Positions 1-7,796 of a stretch of 64,000 bases of DNA are shown here, piece by piece. The stretch lies in the sequence record PV261924.1, one strand, 5' to 3'. Each line of letters begins with the position of its first letter. The stretch's first letter is position 1. The translations under genes were made by a program, and so were the position numbers. Below the pieces are notes generated by a model. That model was not told the DNA's origin and did not search any database. It saw nothing but the letters and a program-made list of their open reading frames with translations.

Positions 1-1243
1 CACTCATCTTTGAAGTACCAGAGACCATCTTACCACCCTCAGAACGGGAGTCGGCGTACTCTTTCTCAGACTGACCATGCTTACCCTTGTAGAGTTCATC
101 AAGTGCCATCTGAGTCATGATCTTTAGAGCTTCTGACTTAGAATAACCCTCTTCAATCAGAGAGTCAAACATCAAATCAAAATCTTCTTCTACACCCTTA
201 CCAGCTTTGTACAATGGTTTACCAGTCTTAACATTCTTCATACCAGCCTTGTAGTTCTGATATGCTTTGGTGTTACCCTTCTTGTCAGCCATGGTAACTT
301 CATACTCTTCTTTCTTCATCTTGGTCTTCATGGCAAGAGAAACACCACGTTTGTACTGTGTGTCTGCCTTATCATATTCACCACGAGCAATATGAATGTC
401 TTCCTTCTTCTTAACTGCTTCACGCTTACGAGCAACCTTCTCAGCAGGATAAGGCTTCATACCCTCTTCAACTTTCTCTTTCTTCTTGCCCATTGCCTTA
501 CCAATGGCCTTACGGCGCTTCATCAGATACTCGTCTGAAGAATCCTCGTCACCATCATTATCTACATCACCATCTTCCTTACCTACAGGGTCAAGTTTCT
601 TCTCATAGATAGATGCATATGCATCACCCCAACCCTTACGGATTTGTGATACTTCTTCGAAGTGTGGGTTCTTCATCTTAGAACCCATCTTCTCCATATC
701 CTTACGAGCCTTCTCGTTGTTCTCCTGTCTCTTCTTCATATCTGTCTCCAGATATGACTTATCAGCCTTCTCAACCAACTGAAGGAGAAGAGTCTTGACA
801 TTCAGTGACTCTTGTGCAACCAACTGACCATGAGTTCTTTGAACTCTTTTCTCTTGGTTGAATCTTGCTGACCAAGACTCCTGAAGTCTCTTGTTATATC
901 TGTACTTCCCAAACTCCTCAAGAGCAATCGTAGATGCCTTAGAATCAATTACATCAAATGCTTTGTTCAGGGACTCACACAGTCTATAAATCTTTGCCTG
1001 TCTACCAGCAATGGTTGACTCAACAAACATTTCACTGAAGATTGTATGTGCAGAGTCTACTGAGTAACCTTTCTGGAACATCTCTTCCAGAACACTCTCT
1101 ACAATCTCATCGAGATCGGTGTCAGTCAAAGCAGAGAGATTCATCTCAGAGATCTCATCTCTTACAGAAGTCAATTCTTCTTTTGCTTCGGTGTTATGGA
1201 CAGCAGCATATGCTTCCATAAAGTTACGCATTGATGAAGACAT
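1..1243 (-). CDS. Hypothetical Lys/Glu-rich protein with a DxDNDGD acidic loop; 3' end runs off the window
   Basis: Translated by hand (absent from the ORF track because there is no stop in the window): MSSSMRNFMEAYAAVH...KLDPVGKEDGDVDNDGDEDSSDEYLMKRRKAIGKAM...GTSKMS, open to position 1. TAAATA late-promoter motif at 1272-1277. Confidence 0.8.
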   Translation of the reverse strand, partial: MSSSMRNFMEAYAAVHNTEAKEELTSVRDEISEMNLSALTDTDLDEIVESVLEEMFQKGYSVDSAHTIFSEMFVESTIAGRQAKIYRLCESLNKAFDVIDSKASTIALEEFGKYRYNKRLQESWSARFNQEKRVQRTHGQLVAQESLNVKTLLLQLVEKADKSYLETDMKKRQENNEKARKDMEKMGSKMKNPHFEEVSQIRKGWGDAYASIYEKKLDPVGKEDGDVDNDGDEDSSDEYLMKRRKAIGKAMGKKKEKVEEGMKPYPAEKVARKREAVKKKEDIHIARGEYDKADTQYKRGVSLAMKTKMKKEEYEVTMADKKGNTKAYQNYKAGMKNVKTGKPLYKAGKGVEEDFDLMFDSLIEEGYSKSEALKIMTQMALDELYKGKHGQSEKEYADSRSEGGKMVSGTSKMS

Positions 1244-1254
1244 CTTTTTACAAA

Positions 1255-1479
1255 TTACTTTTTCTTATCTTTATTTATGTCTTCGAGGTATTCTCTTTCG
1301 TTTTCATAGATCGAAGAAGGGTTCATATAAAGATGAATCCCCTCTTGAATACCTGGTATCAACCACTCGTCTAGATTTTTACAATTGTCCCAATTGACTG
1401 GTTGAATACAATTCATCACTACCACAGACCAAAAGGCTGTGACATAATTAATAAACGTTGTCATAATTCCTGTTTCCAA
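1255..1479 (-). CDS. Hypothetical protein, 74 aa
   Basis: ORF track; fits the tightly packed minus-strand gene array. Confidence 0.7.
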   Translation of the reverse strand: METGIMTTFINYVTAFWSVVVMNCIQPVNWDNCKNLDEWLIPGIQEGIHLYMNPSSIYENEREYLEDINKDKKK

Positions 1480-1625
1480 ACAAGTTGATGGGCCATTTTG
1501 TCCCTCAACCCATTGATACGTTTTTCATCAAAATGAGCAAAGTTAGGATACTTCTCAACCTTTTTATAATAGTGAAGTGCATTGAGAATGATTGTGTAGT
1601 CCTCCATGCTCAAATCAAACTTCAC
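1461..1625 (-). CDS. Hypothetical protein, 54 aa, GTG start
   Basis: Hand translation MKFDLSMEDYTIILNALHYYKKVEKYPNFAHFDEKRINGLRDKMAHQLVWKQEL. The GTG overlaps the upstream TGA (GTGA coupling) and the ORF fills the gap. Confidence 0.7.
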   Translation of the reverse strand: MKFDLSMEDYTIILNALHYYKKVEKYPNFAHFDEKRINGLRDKMAHQLVWKQEL

Positions 1626-1891
1626 AATTTACCACCAACAAAACCACTATTCACAACTCTTGTGTATTGATCAAGAGTACCATCCTGTTCACACTGAAGT
1701 TGCCATCTTGTCATGTAGATGACACCATCCTTCTCCAGTCCTGTCAACATTTTACGACCTTCTTTAGTCATAGTGCTGTGAAGACCAAAACGTGTCTTCC
1801 AAACATAAAAGGTATCGTCAATAACTTCTGCATTTTCTGGAAGATCAAAAAATGCTTCAAGCTTGTTTACTGTAGATGTCTCAATCATCAA
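1622..1891 (-). CDS. Hypothetical protein, 89 aa
   Basis: ORF track; overlaps both neighbours in the coding direction. Confidence 0.75.
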   Translation of the reverse strand: MMIETSTVNKLEAFFDLPENAEVIDDTFYVWKTRFGLHSTMTKEGRKMLTGLEKDGVIYMTRWQLQCEQDGTLDQYTRVVNSGFVGGKL

Positions 1892-2123
1892 ACATACCTC
1901 GGTCTTTCATAAACTGTAAAGTCTCTTTCATGTTTCCAATATGTGTATAACCCAATGCAACCTGTGGGTAAGTTGCTTCTTTACCAAACTCAGACTCAAA
2001 CGCACGTTGTGTGAAATGATTATTCAGTTGATACTCTAAGATTTCAATCTGGAGACTCTTAAGAAGAGATGTGATTCTCTCACACTCCTGATTACCATTG
2101 GTATAGACTACAGCTTTAGTCAC
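1881..2123 (-). CDS. Glutaredoxin-fold protein lacking CxxC
   Basis: AVVYTNGNQECER...TYPQV...HIG...L matches the Grx pattern (cis-Pro TxPQV, IGG-like loop). Start moved to GTG at 2123, which overlaps the upstream stop. Confidence 0.65.
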   Translation of the reverse strand: MTKAVVYTNGNQECERITSLLKSLQIEILEYQLNNHFTQRAFESEFGKEATYPQVALGYTHIGNMKETLQFMKDRGMFDD

Positions 2124-2430
2124 GTTGCCTCCAGTCGTCGGGTTTGTCTTGTTTGAACCATTCCACAATTTCATCAGCAGAATCAAACCCCGTTTTGTAA
2201 TTAGATGGGTCGGGGTCTCCTAGTCCCATCCTATTCATAAAATCATCGATACTACCCTCTTCAATGTCTTGAGAGGAGTGTCTTCTAGCTTTCTTCAACA
2301 TCTCTCTGGCAGTTGTGTTAGCCTTAGATAACTTCTCTGCCCAGATCATGTCATCTAATTTTACCTCTTCACCGTTTGCTATACATTTGCAAATGAACTC
2401 TAGCCGAAGCCGATATTGAGTTGAAAGCAT
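2116..2430 (-). CDS. Hypothetical protein, 104 aa
   Basis: ORF track; TAAATA at 2451-2456 upstream. Confidence 0.8.
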   Translation of the reverse strand: MLSTQYRLRLEFICKCIANGEEVKLDDMIWAEKLSKANTTAREMLKKARRHSSQDIEEGSIDDFMNRMGLGDPDPSNYKTGFDSADEIVEWFKQDKPDDWRQRD

Positions 2431-2453
2431 ATGATTTTTTCTCTTTTGAATAT

Positions 2454-2663
2454 TTATTCTTCTGATTGATCTTTTTTATTAAACCCGAATGGTGCTTCTT
2501 TCTCCTCCAATGCTAACCTCAGAGCAACACCACCAACTGCTTCCATCACTTTCAGGATGTCTTCAGCAGATGCATCTTCACCAAGTTCTTTGGCAATGTA
2601 CCAATACTTTGGCCAGAATGTTTCACCAGCCTTTTCGTAGTCTTCAAGTGTAAGGATTTTCAT
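2454..2663 (-). CDS. Hypothetical protein, 69 aa
   Basis: ORF track; 4-nt overlap with the methyltransferase stop. Confidence 0.8.
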   Translation of the reverse strand: MKILTLEDYEKAGETFWPKYWYIAKELGEDASAEDILKVMEAVGGVALRLALEEKEAPFGFNKKDQSEE

Positions 2664-3778
2664 AGTTTAGATAGAACTTCTTTGTAAATGTTTTCTGCGA
2701 TTGCTTTCATCATGAGTGGAGGAACCATCCTACCAACACGTTCGGTTTGTTGTGAATGTGATCCTGTAAGGATGAAGTCATCAGGTAGAGATTGAATACG
2801 TTTTAGTTCCTGTACTGTCAGAACACGATCCTCACCCCAATGAATAAGTCCACCACTTGCAGTAAGTGTAGGAGATGGTTTGTAGATAGATGCTCTCTTG
2901 GTATTGAAACAATGTCCTTTCTCATGATAGTCCATACCAGTTAGAACTTTCTTAGGGTTCTTTGGCATCTTGTGGACTACACGTTGATAGATACCACTAT
3001 TCAACATATGTTCGGTGAGTTTCTTGACATTCTCTGGGTCGTTCTCCACACCACCAATAATATCACCAATGGTTGTTTCTTTAGAAGATGTAGGTGGGAA
3101 CAATGAAGATACTGTCAATACGTTTAGACCGACCTTCTCTGCAATGTCCTGACGAACAGCAATGAAGATAAGTCTTTCTCTACCCTGACCGACACCATGA
3201 TAAGATGCCTTCATTACCTTTGATGTAACAAGATAGCCAATACCCTCAAAGGCATTGGTGATCTTTGCATAATAAGTCTTAGCCTCTCCAACTGTCAAAC
3301 CTTTGACATTCTCACCAACAATGACCTTGGGTTGGATGCCTTTGGCGACACGGATGAACTCGAAGAACAAGTCTTCGATATTTTCAACCTTCTTACCATC
3401 AGAATAGTTTTTTGTCTTACCCCAACCGTCAGAGTGTTTTGCACCCTCACCACGACACATAGACCCAGCAACAGAGAATGCTGAACAGGGTGGTGACCCA
3501 TCAAGAATATCAAGTTCTCCAGGTTTGATACCTGTAATCTTTAAGAAGTCACCACCAGTCAGTTGTTTGATGTCATCAGGAACAATGTGAGTGGATGGAT
3601 AGTTTGCGGCATAAGTTTTTCTTGCCTCTTCAACAAACTCATTGATACACAGAATCTTACCACCTGCAAGGCGGTAACCAGTAGAGGAACCACCTCCACC
3701 AGCGAACGTAGAAATGACGGTGAACTTCTCTTGAGCCTCACCGTCATAAACATCTTGTAGATTATATGGAAATGTCAT
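2660..3778 (-). CDS. C5-cytosine DNA methyltransferase family enzyme; probable carboxymethyltransferase
   Basis: Motif I FAGGGG, motif IV GSPPC, motif VI ENVKG, motif VIII QGRERL, motif IX/X ELKRIQSLPDDF...GRMVPP (Arg where Asn is canonical). Start set at MTFPY (3778) because the longer ORF overlaps the CmoA-like gene and TAAATA lies at 3793-3798. Confidence 0.9.
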   Translation of the reverse strand: MTFPYNLQDVYDGEAQEKFTVISTFAGGGGSSTGYRLAGGKILCINEFVEEARKTYAANYPSTHIVPDDIKQLTGGDFLKITGIKPGELDILDGSPPCSAFSVAGSMCRGEGAKHSDGWGKTKNYSDGKKVENIEDLFFEFIRVAKGIQPKVIVGENVKGLTVGEAKTYYAKITNAFEGIGYLVTSKVMKASYHGVGQGRERLIFIAVRQDIAEKVGLNVLTVSSLFPPTSSKETTIGDIIGGVENDPENVKKLTEHMLNSGIYQRVVHKMPKNPKKVLTGMDYHEKGHCFNTKRASIYKPSPTLTASGGLIHWGEDRVLTVQELKRIQSLPDDFILTGSHSQQTERVGRMVPPLMMKAIAENIYKEVLSKL

Positions 3779-3803
3779 ATCTTTTTTTCTTTTATTTAGC
3801 CTA

Positions 3804-4499
3804 TCATTTGATAGCAATAACTCCAACAAACTGATGATTTCTCCAGAAGATCTGACAGTCCTTGAAACCAGCACAATATATCATAGATTTAAGTTCATCC
3901 CAAGTATTTGGTTTCAACATGTCACGAAGTTCTTTCTCCTTGTCCATGATCTCTTCTGGAGTGAAGGATTTACGTTTGTAATCATAGTGATTGAATGTCA
4001 ACAGTTCCTGGAAGAACGCATTTTGACACATCAACTTCTCTGCAAAGATGAATGCACCACCCTCATTAAGACCCTCGTAGATTTTATCGATGGTCTCTTG
4101 ACGAGTTGTCTTGGGCATGAACTGAAGAGTGAACAGTGAAGTCACCAGAGAACAGTTCTTGAACTCGTAGTTGGTGATATTACCACGTACAAACTCAAGA
4201 ATAGCCCAAGGATAGTCTTTACGGATCTCTTTGTACCTATCATCAAGATCATCATAGAACCCACCCGCAAGTTCAACACCTACGTATTGTGTATGTCTAC
4301 GATTTGGATTATTGGCAAGGATCATCTTGGTAAGTTTACCAGTAGAACAACCCACATCAACGACTTTGGTATGATCTTCCACAAAGTATCGAGAGAACGA
4401 TACAGTATCCTCTAGAAGGTTTGAGTAACCCCGAATAGATTTGTCAATGTGATTATCAAAACCTTCTGGTGAATGTGCGAAAGAAAAGTCGTATGTCAT
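3804..4499 (-). CDS. cmoA: CmoA-like carboxy-S-adenosyl-L-methionine synthase homologue
   Basis: FDNHIDKSIRGYSNL, DVGCSTG, FTLQF, GGAFIFAEK, HYDYKR and AGF...FW...F all track the CmoA family layout (SVPGYSNI, DLGCSLG, NFTLQF, GGALVLSEK, HHDFKR), from recall. Confidence 0.8.
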   Translation of the reverse strand: MTYDFSFAHSPEGFDNHIDKSIRGYSNLLEDTVSFSRYFVEDHTKVVDVGCSTGKLTKMILANNPNRRHTQYVGVELAGGFYDDLDDRYKEIRKDYPWAILEFVRGNITNYEFKNCSLVTSLFTLQFMPKTTRQETIDKIYEGLNEGGAFIFAEKLMCQNAFFQELLTFNHYDYKRKSFTPEEIMDKEKELRDMLKPNTWDELKSMIYCAGFKDCQIFWRNHQFVGVIAIK

Positions 4500-4726
4500 T
4501 TTCCAACTCCGTAGTCTGGTGCTGCTTCTGTTTCAAGTTCACTAATCTCCTTTGAAGCTTCTTCAATAGCAGATTCGATCTGTGTGTCCAGTGTACCGAT
4601 TACTTCACGAATGTCAACGATACGAGGAGGAACACATTTGGGATCGTAAGTATAACGTTCCTGTTCTTTATATAGCACCTGACGAATAGCAGCTGCTTGT
4701 CTTACATCCAATTCTAGTTTAATCAT
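4496..4726 (-). CDS. Hypothetical protein, 76 aa
   Basis: ORF track; ATGA coupling on both sides. Confidence 0.75.
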   Translation of the reverse strand: MIKLELDVRQAAAIRQVLYKEQERYTYDPKCVPPRIVDIREVIGTLDTQIESAIEEASKEISELETEAAPDYGVGK

Positions 4727-5130
4727 AGGTCTCCCTCCTTACGGTTTTCAGAGTAGTGAACATCAAATGTCCCTGCAGGATATCGTGCAGACAGTTTCTC
4801 AACATTCATCTCAAGAATTTCATCGAATGAAATGTCAAGGGCCATACATGCCTGAGCAACATACCACATGATGTCACCCAGTTCACGTTTCATGTGAAAC
4901 GCATTATCTTCGTTGTAAGGTTTGCCTTGAAGGAAGATCTTCTTCACAACTTCAGTAAACTCACCAGCCTCTGCACTAATACCAAGAGCAGCAGTCAATA
5001 GTTGAGTTACATTTGCATCATCACGAACCTCAAGTTCACTCAGTCGAGCAGACAGAGTGGGCCAGTCTAGACTTGGTTGACTGGTGGTCTGACGGACAAA
5101 TTCAATATATTTTTGAGGATCAATAGTCAT
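4723..5130 (-). CDS. mazG: MazG-family nucleoside triphosphate pyrophosphohydrolase
   Basis: LGISAEAGEFTEVVKK...ELGDIMWY...NVEKLSARY. Confidence 0.9.
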   Translation of the reverse strand: MTIDPQKYIEFVRQTTSQPSLDWPTLSARLSELEVRDDANVTQLLTAALGISAEAGEFTEVVKKIFLQGKPYNEDNAFHMKRELGDIMWYVAQACMALDISFDEILEMNVEKLSARYPAGTFDVHYSENRKEGDL

Positions 5131-5429
5131 AGTTCAAGTTCTTTAAGTTCAGATTGAGGAAGATTTTGTTGGATAGGGATCTCCTGACCCTGAATTTTAA
5201 TCGTAGGAAGTGCAACAGGATCTTCAATAGATGTTGCTCGTACTTCTACAGTTTGTGGAGGATGAGGAAGTAAAATCTTATTGTATACAGCATCAGGGTA
5301 GATACTCAACATACATTCAACATCCCTCATCGTACCACAATGTCTCTTACTTCCATTGGGTAAAGTCATCTCGAAGTAATGAGGAACATCTGACTTCACT
5401 AGTGCAGGTTCATTCTTTCGTAGTTTCAT
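5127..5429 (-). CDS. Hypothetical protein, 100 aa
   Basis: ORF track; coupled to gp41 and mazG. Confidence 0.7.
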   Translation of the reverse strand: MKLRKNEPALVKSDVPHYFEMTLPNGSKRHCGTMRDVECMLSIYPDAVYNKILLPHPPQTVEVRATSIEDPVALPTIKIQGQEIPIQQNLPQSELKELEL

Positions 5430-6802
5430 CAGAATTTGAATCCCTCAAAGGACTTCTTTGGTTTGTCTTCGTAAGTATACTCCTCTTCTTGTTTGTTGTC
5501 AAGAAGATCATTCTGTGCAACCTGTTCACAATCAAACAGTCTCATCTTAGCACGATCGATACCAACAACAAATCTCTTGTAGATACTCAGATCGTTATAT
5601 CTGTTCTTCAATTGTTTCACCAGTATCTGTCCCAAGGATTCGAGCTCCTCGGTAGAAATAAGGGCAAACATAAGATCAGCAGTAGCAGGGAGTCCAAAGG
5701 ACTCACTAGTATCAGTAAGCTCGACATCAGAGCTACCATAACCAGAACGAGTGGTCTGCGTGGCAGATACGATAGGGACGTTTGCCTCACAAGCCAATCC
5801 TCTAAGTTCTTCTGCAATAGACTTAATAATCGTATATGAATTAACATTGCTACCTCCCCGATACCTAGAGGAAGCACAAATATTAAGGTAGTCAATGAAA
5901 ATAATGTCAGGTCTAAATGACTTCTTAAGTGCAAGTTCGTTAAGAAGTGACTTAAAGTGTCCACTGTGTGCAGTAGCAGTTGGATATTCTTTGATTATAA
6001 GAGTACCCTGAGTCTTTTGTGCGAGGTTTGTCACCTTTTTCTCAAAAGTCTGTTTGGGTAGTTCAGTAATATCTTGAATATTTACGTTCAGAAGATTAGC
6101 ATCAATACGTTCTGCAATCTTCTCTTCTGCCATCTCACAAGTGATGTACAAGACATTCTTATTCTGAAGGAGACAGGACGATGCCATGTGACACATGAAC
6201 AAAGACTTACCAACACCTGTACCTGCAAGAGCGATGTTCAGAGTCTTATTGGGTAGACCACCCTTGGTGATCTTATTGAAGTACTCAAGATCGAATTCAA
6301 TCTTGTTCTCCTTCTTATGATACAACTCAAATCGTTCTTCATAATCATTCAGGTAATCGTGACCCACATGATTATCAAAACTGACACTAAGTGCATCAGA
6401 CAGGATAGAAGGAATTGCGTCAGGAGACTTTTTGTTATCCTGACCATCTGCAATCTGAATCGACTCCATCAGAGCAAGATAGATTGCACGTTCCTTACAC
6501 CACTTCTCTGTGGTGTCACACAACCACTCAAACTCCTGTGGTTCCTCAGTCAGGTTACTAACCAAGTGAACCAACTCTTTGAATGATTGTTCGTTGATAT
6601 CATTCCTCTTCTCAATCTCAATACTCAGAACTTCCTGTGTAGGTGTCTCATTGTATCGATTTACAAAGTCAACAATCTCTTCGAACACAATCTTCTGATT
6701 ATGATCTTGGAAGTATTCTGATTTGATAAAGGGAATTGTTTTTCTTAGGAACTCTTCATTGTGTAGAAGACTCTTGAGGACAAGAAATTCAACTCTCTCC
6801 AT
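5429..6802 (-). CDS. 41: Replicative DNA helicase gp41 (DnaB-like)
   Basis: Walker A AGTGVGKS, IDYLNI, SATQTTR, SESFGLPATAD, QLKNRY. Confidence 0.95.
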   Translation of the reverse strand: MERVEFLVLKSLLHNEEFLRKTIPFIKSEYFQDHNQKIVFEEIVDFVNRYNETPTQEVLSIEIEKRNDINEQSFKELVHLVSNLTEEPQEFEWLCDTTEKWCKERAIYLALMESIQIADGQDNKKSPDAIPSILSDALSVSFDNHVGHDYLNDYEERFELYHKKENKIEFDLEYFNKITKGGLPNKTLNIALAGTGVGKSLFMCHMASSCLLQNKNVLYITCEMAEEKIAERIDANLLNVNIQDITELPKQTFEKKVTNLAQKTQGTLIIKEYPTATAHSGHFKSLLNELALKKSFRPDIIFIDYLNICASSRYRGGSNVNSYTIIKSIAEELRGLACEANVPIVSATQTTRSGYGSSDVELTDTSESFGLPATADLMFALISTEELESLGQILVKQLKNRYNDLSIYKRFVVGIDRAKMRLFDCEQVAQNDLLDNKQEEEYTYEDKPKKSFEGFKF

Positions 6803-7796
6803 AACTAAATTCTTTCTTTGCGATTTGATCTAACTGTTCCATCACCTCAGGGGTGAAGTATTGTTCTGGGTCTTTCAGAATAGCCTTGGCATAAACCTTC
6901 TTACCATCAATCTCATACCGACCTGCAACATTCTTCCACAGACCACCAATTTCTCCAAGTTCTAACAGACCATAGTATTTGTCCAGTCCTCTCTCATCAT
7001 AATAGAGACGAACTGTGACATCTTTATTCTCTTTACTCAAACGCGACTTAGCAGTCTTTGCCTTGATAAGGTTTCCAACGATTTCTGTTCCATCCTTTTC
7101 TTTTTTCTTTGAGAGATATATGATAGTAGAAGCGGCGTACTTAAGGCCACTGCCTCCACCCATCTCTTTTGTAGGAACATAAGAACCGATGACATCGTAG
7201 GTATGATTGGTAACAATCATTGGAATGTTTGCTTGACCAAGTTTGAGGGTTAACATTCTGAATGCACCCTTGACAAGTTGAGATTTAGTCATGTCTCTTA
7301 CTTGTTTGTCATCAAGAGCATCTTTAATTTCTTTCTCAGTAGACAACATACCCAGAGAGTCTAACACGAACATACAGGGTTTACGTTCGTCTTCAGACTT
7401 TTTCAAGTATATATCTACAGCCCTAAGAGCTTTGGATCTAAACTCTTCAATTGTAACAACATTTACAACAACTAGACGACTTAGGTCAATACCACGACTT
7501 TCAAGAAGAGATTTATTAACTGCTGCTTCAGTGTCAAAGTACAAACAGTAACCGTCAGGATTACTGTCAAGAAAATTTTTAACGACAGCGAGAGAGAAGA
7601 AAGTTTTACCAGTAGAAGACTCACCAGCAATGGCAGTAATCTTATTCCCAGATACACCACCAAATATACTACCTGAAACGAGTCCGTTAAAAATGTATGA
7701 ACCCGTGTCCACATACGTTTCGGAGTCGTCGATGTCTGCGGCGAGTTTTGTGTAGTCATCTCCAATCTCTTTTACAATGTCTTTAAGGAAATCCAT
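6789..7796 (-). CDS. uvsX: UvsX RecA-like recombinase
   Basis: AGESSTGKT, FVLDSLG, MGGGSGLKYAAS. Confidence 0.95.
   Translation of the reverse strand: MDFLKDIVKEIGDDYTKLAADIDDSETYVDTGSYIFNGLVSGSIFGGVSGNKITAIAGESSTGKTFFSLAVVKNFLDSNPDGYCLYFDTEAAVNKSLLESRGIDLSRLVVVNVVTIEEFRSKALRAVDIYLKKSEDERKPCMFVLDSLGMLSTEKEIKDALDDKQVRDMTKSQLVKGAFRMLTLKLGQANIPMIVTNHTYDVIGSYVPTKEMGGGSGLKYAASTIIYLSKKKEKDGTEIVGNLIKAKTAKSRLSKENKDVTVRLYYDERGLDKYYGLLELGEIGGLWKNVAGRYEIDGKKVYAKAILKDPEQYFTPEVMEQLDQIAKKEFSYGES

Noticed and set aside
3779-3874. N-terminal extensions given by the ORF track for the MTase (also gp45, gp55, DUF3310, MoxR, the Grx-like gene and 21749..22027)
   Set aside because: They overlap upstream genes or promoters; downstream starts fit family N-termini and RBS/promoter positions better.
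3804-4499. Reading the CmoA-like gene as an ordinary tRNA methyltransferase
   Set aside because: CmoA itself makes Cx-SAM rather than methylating tRNA, no CmoB partner is in the window, and the adjacent DNA MTase has the Arg substitution.
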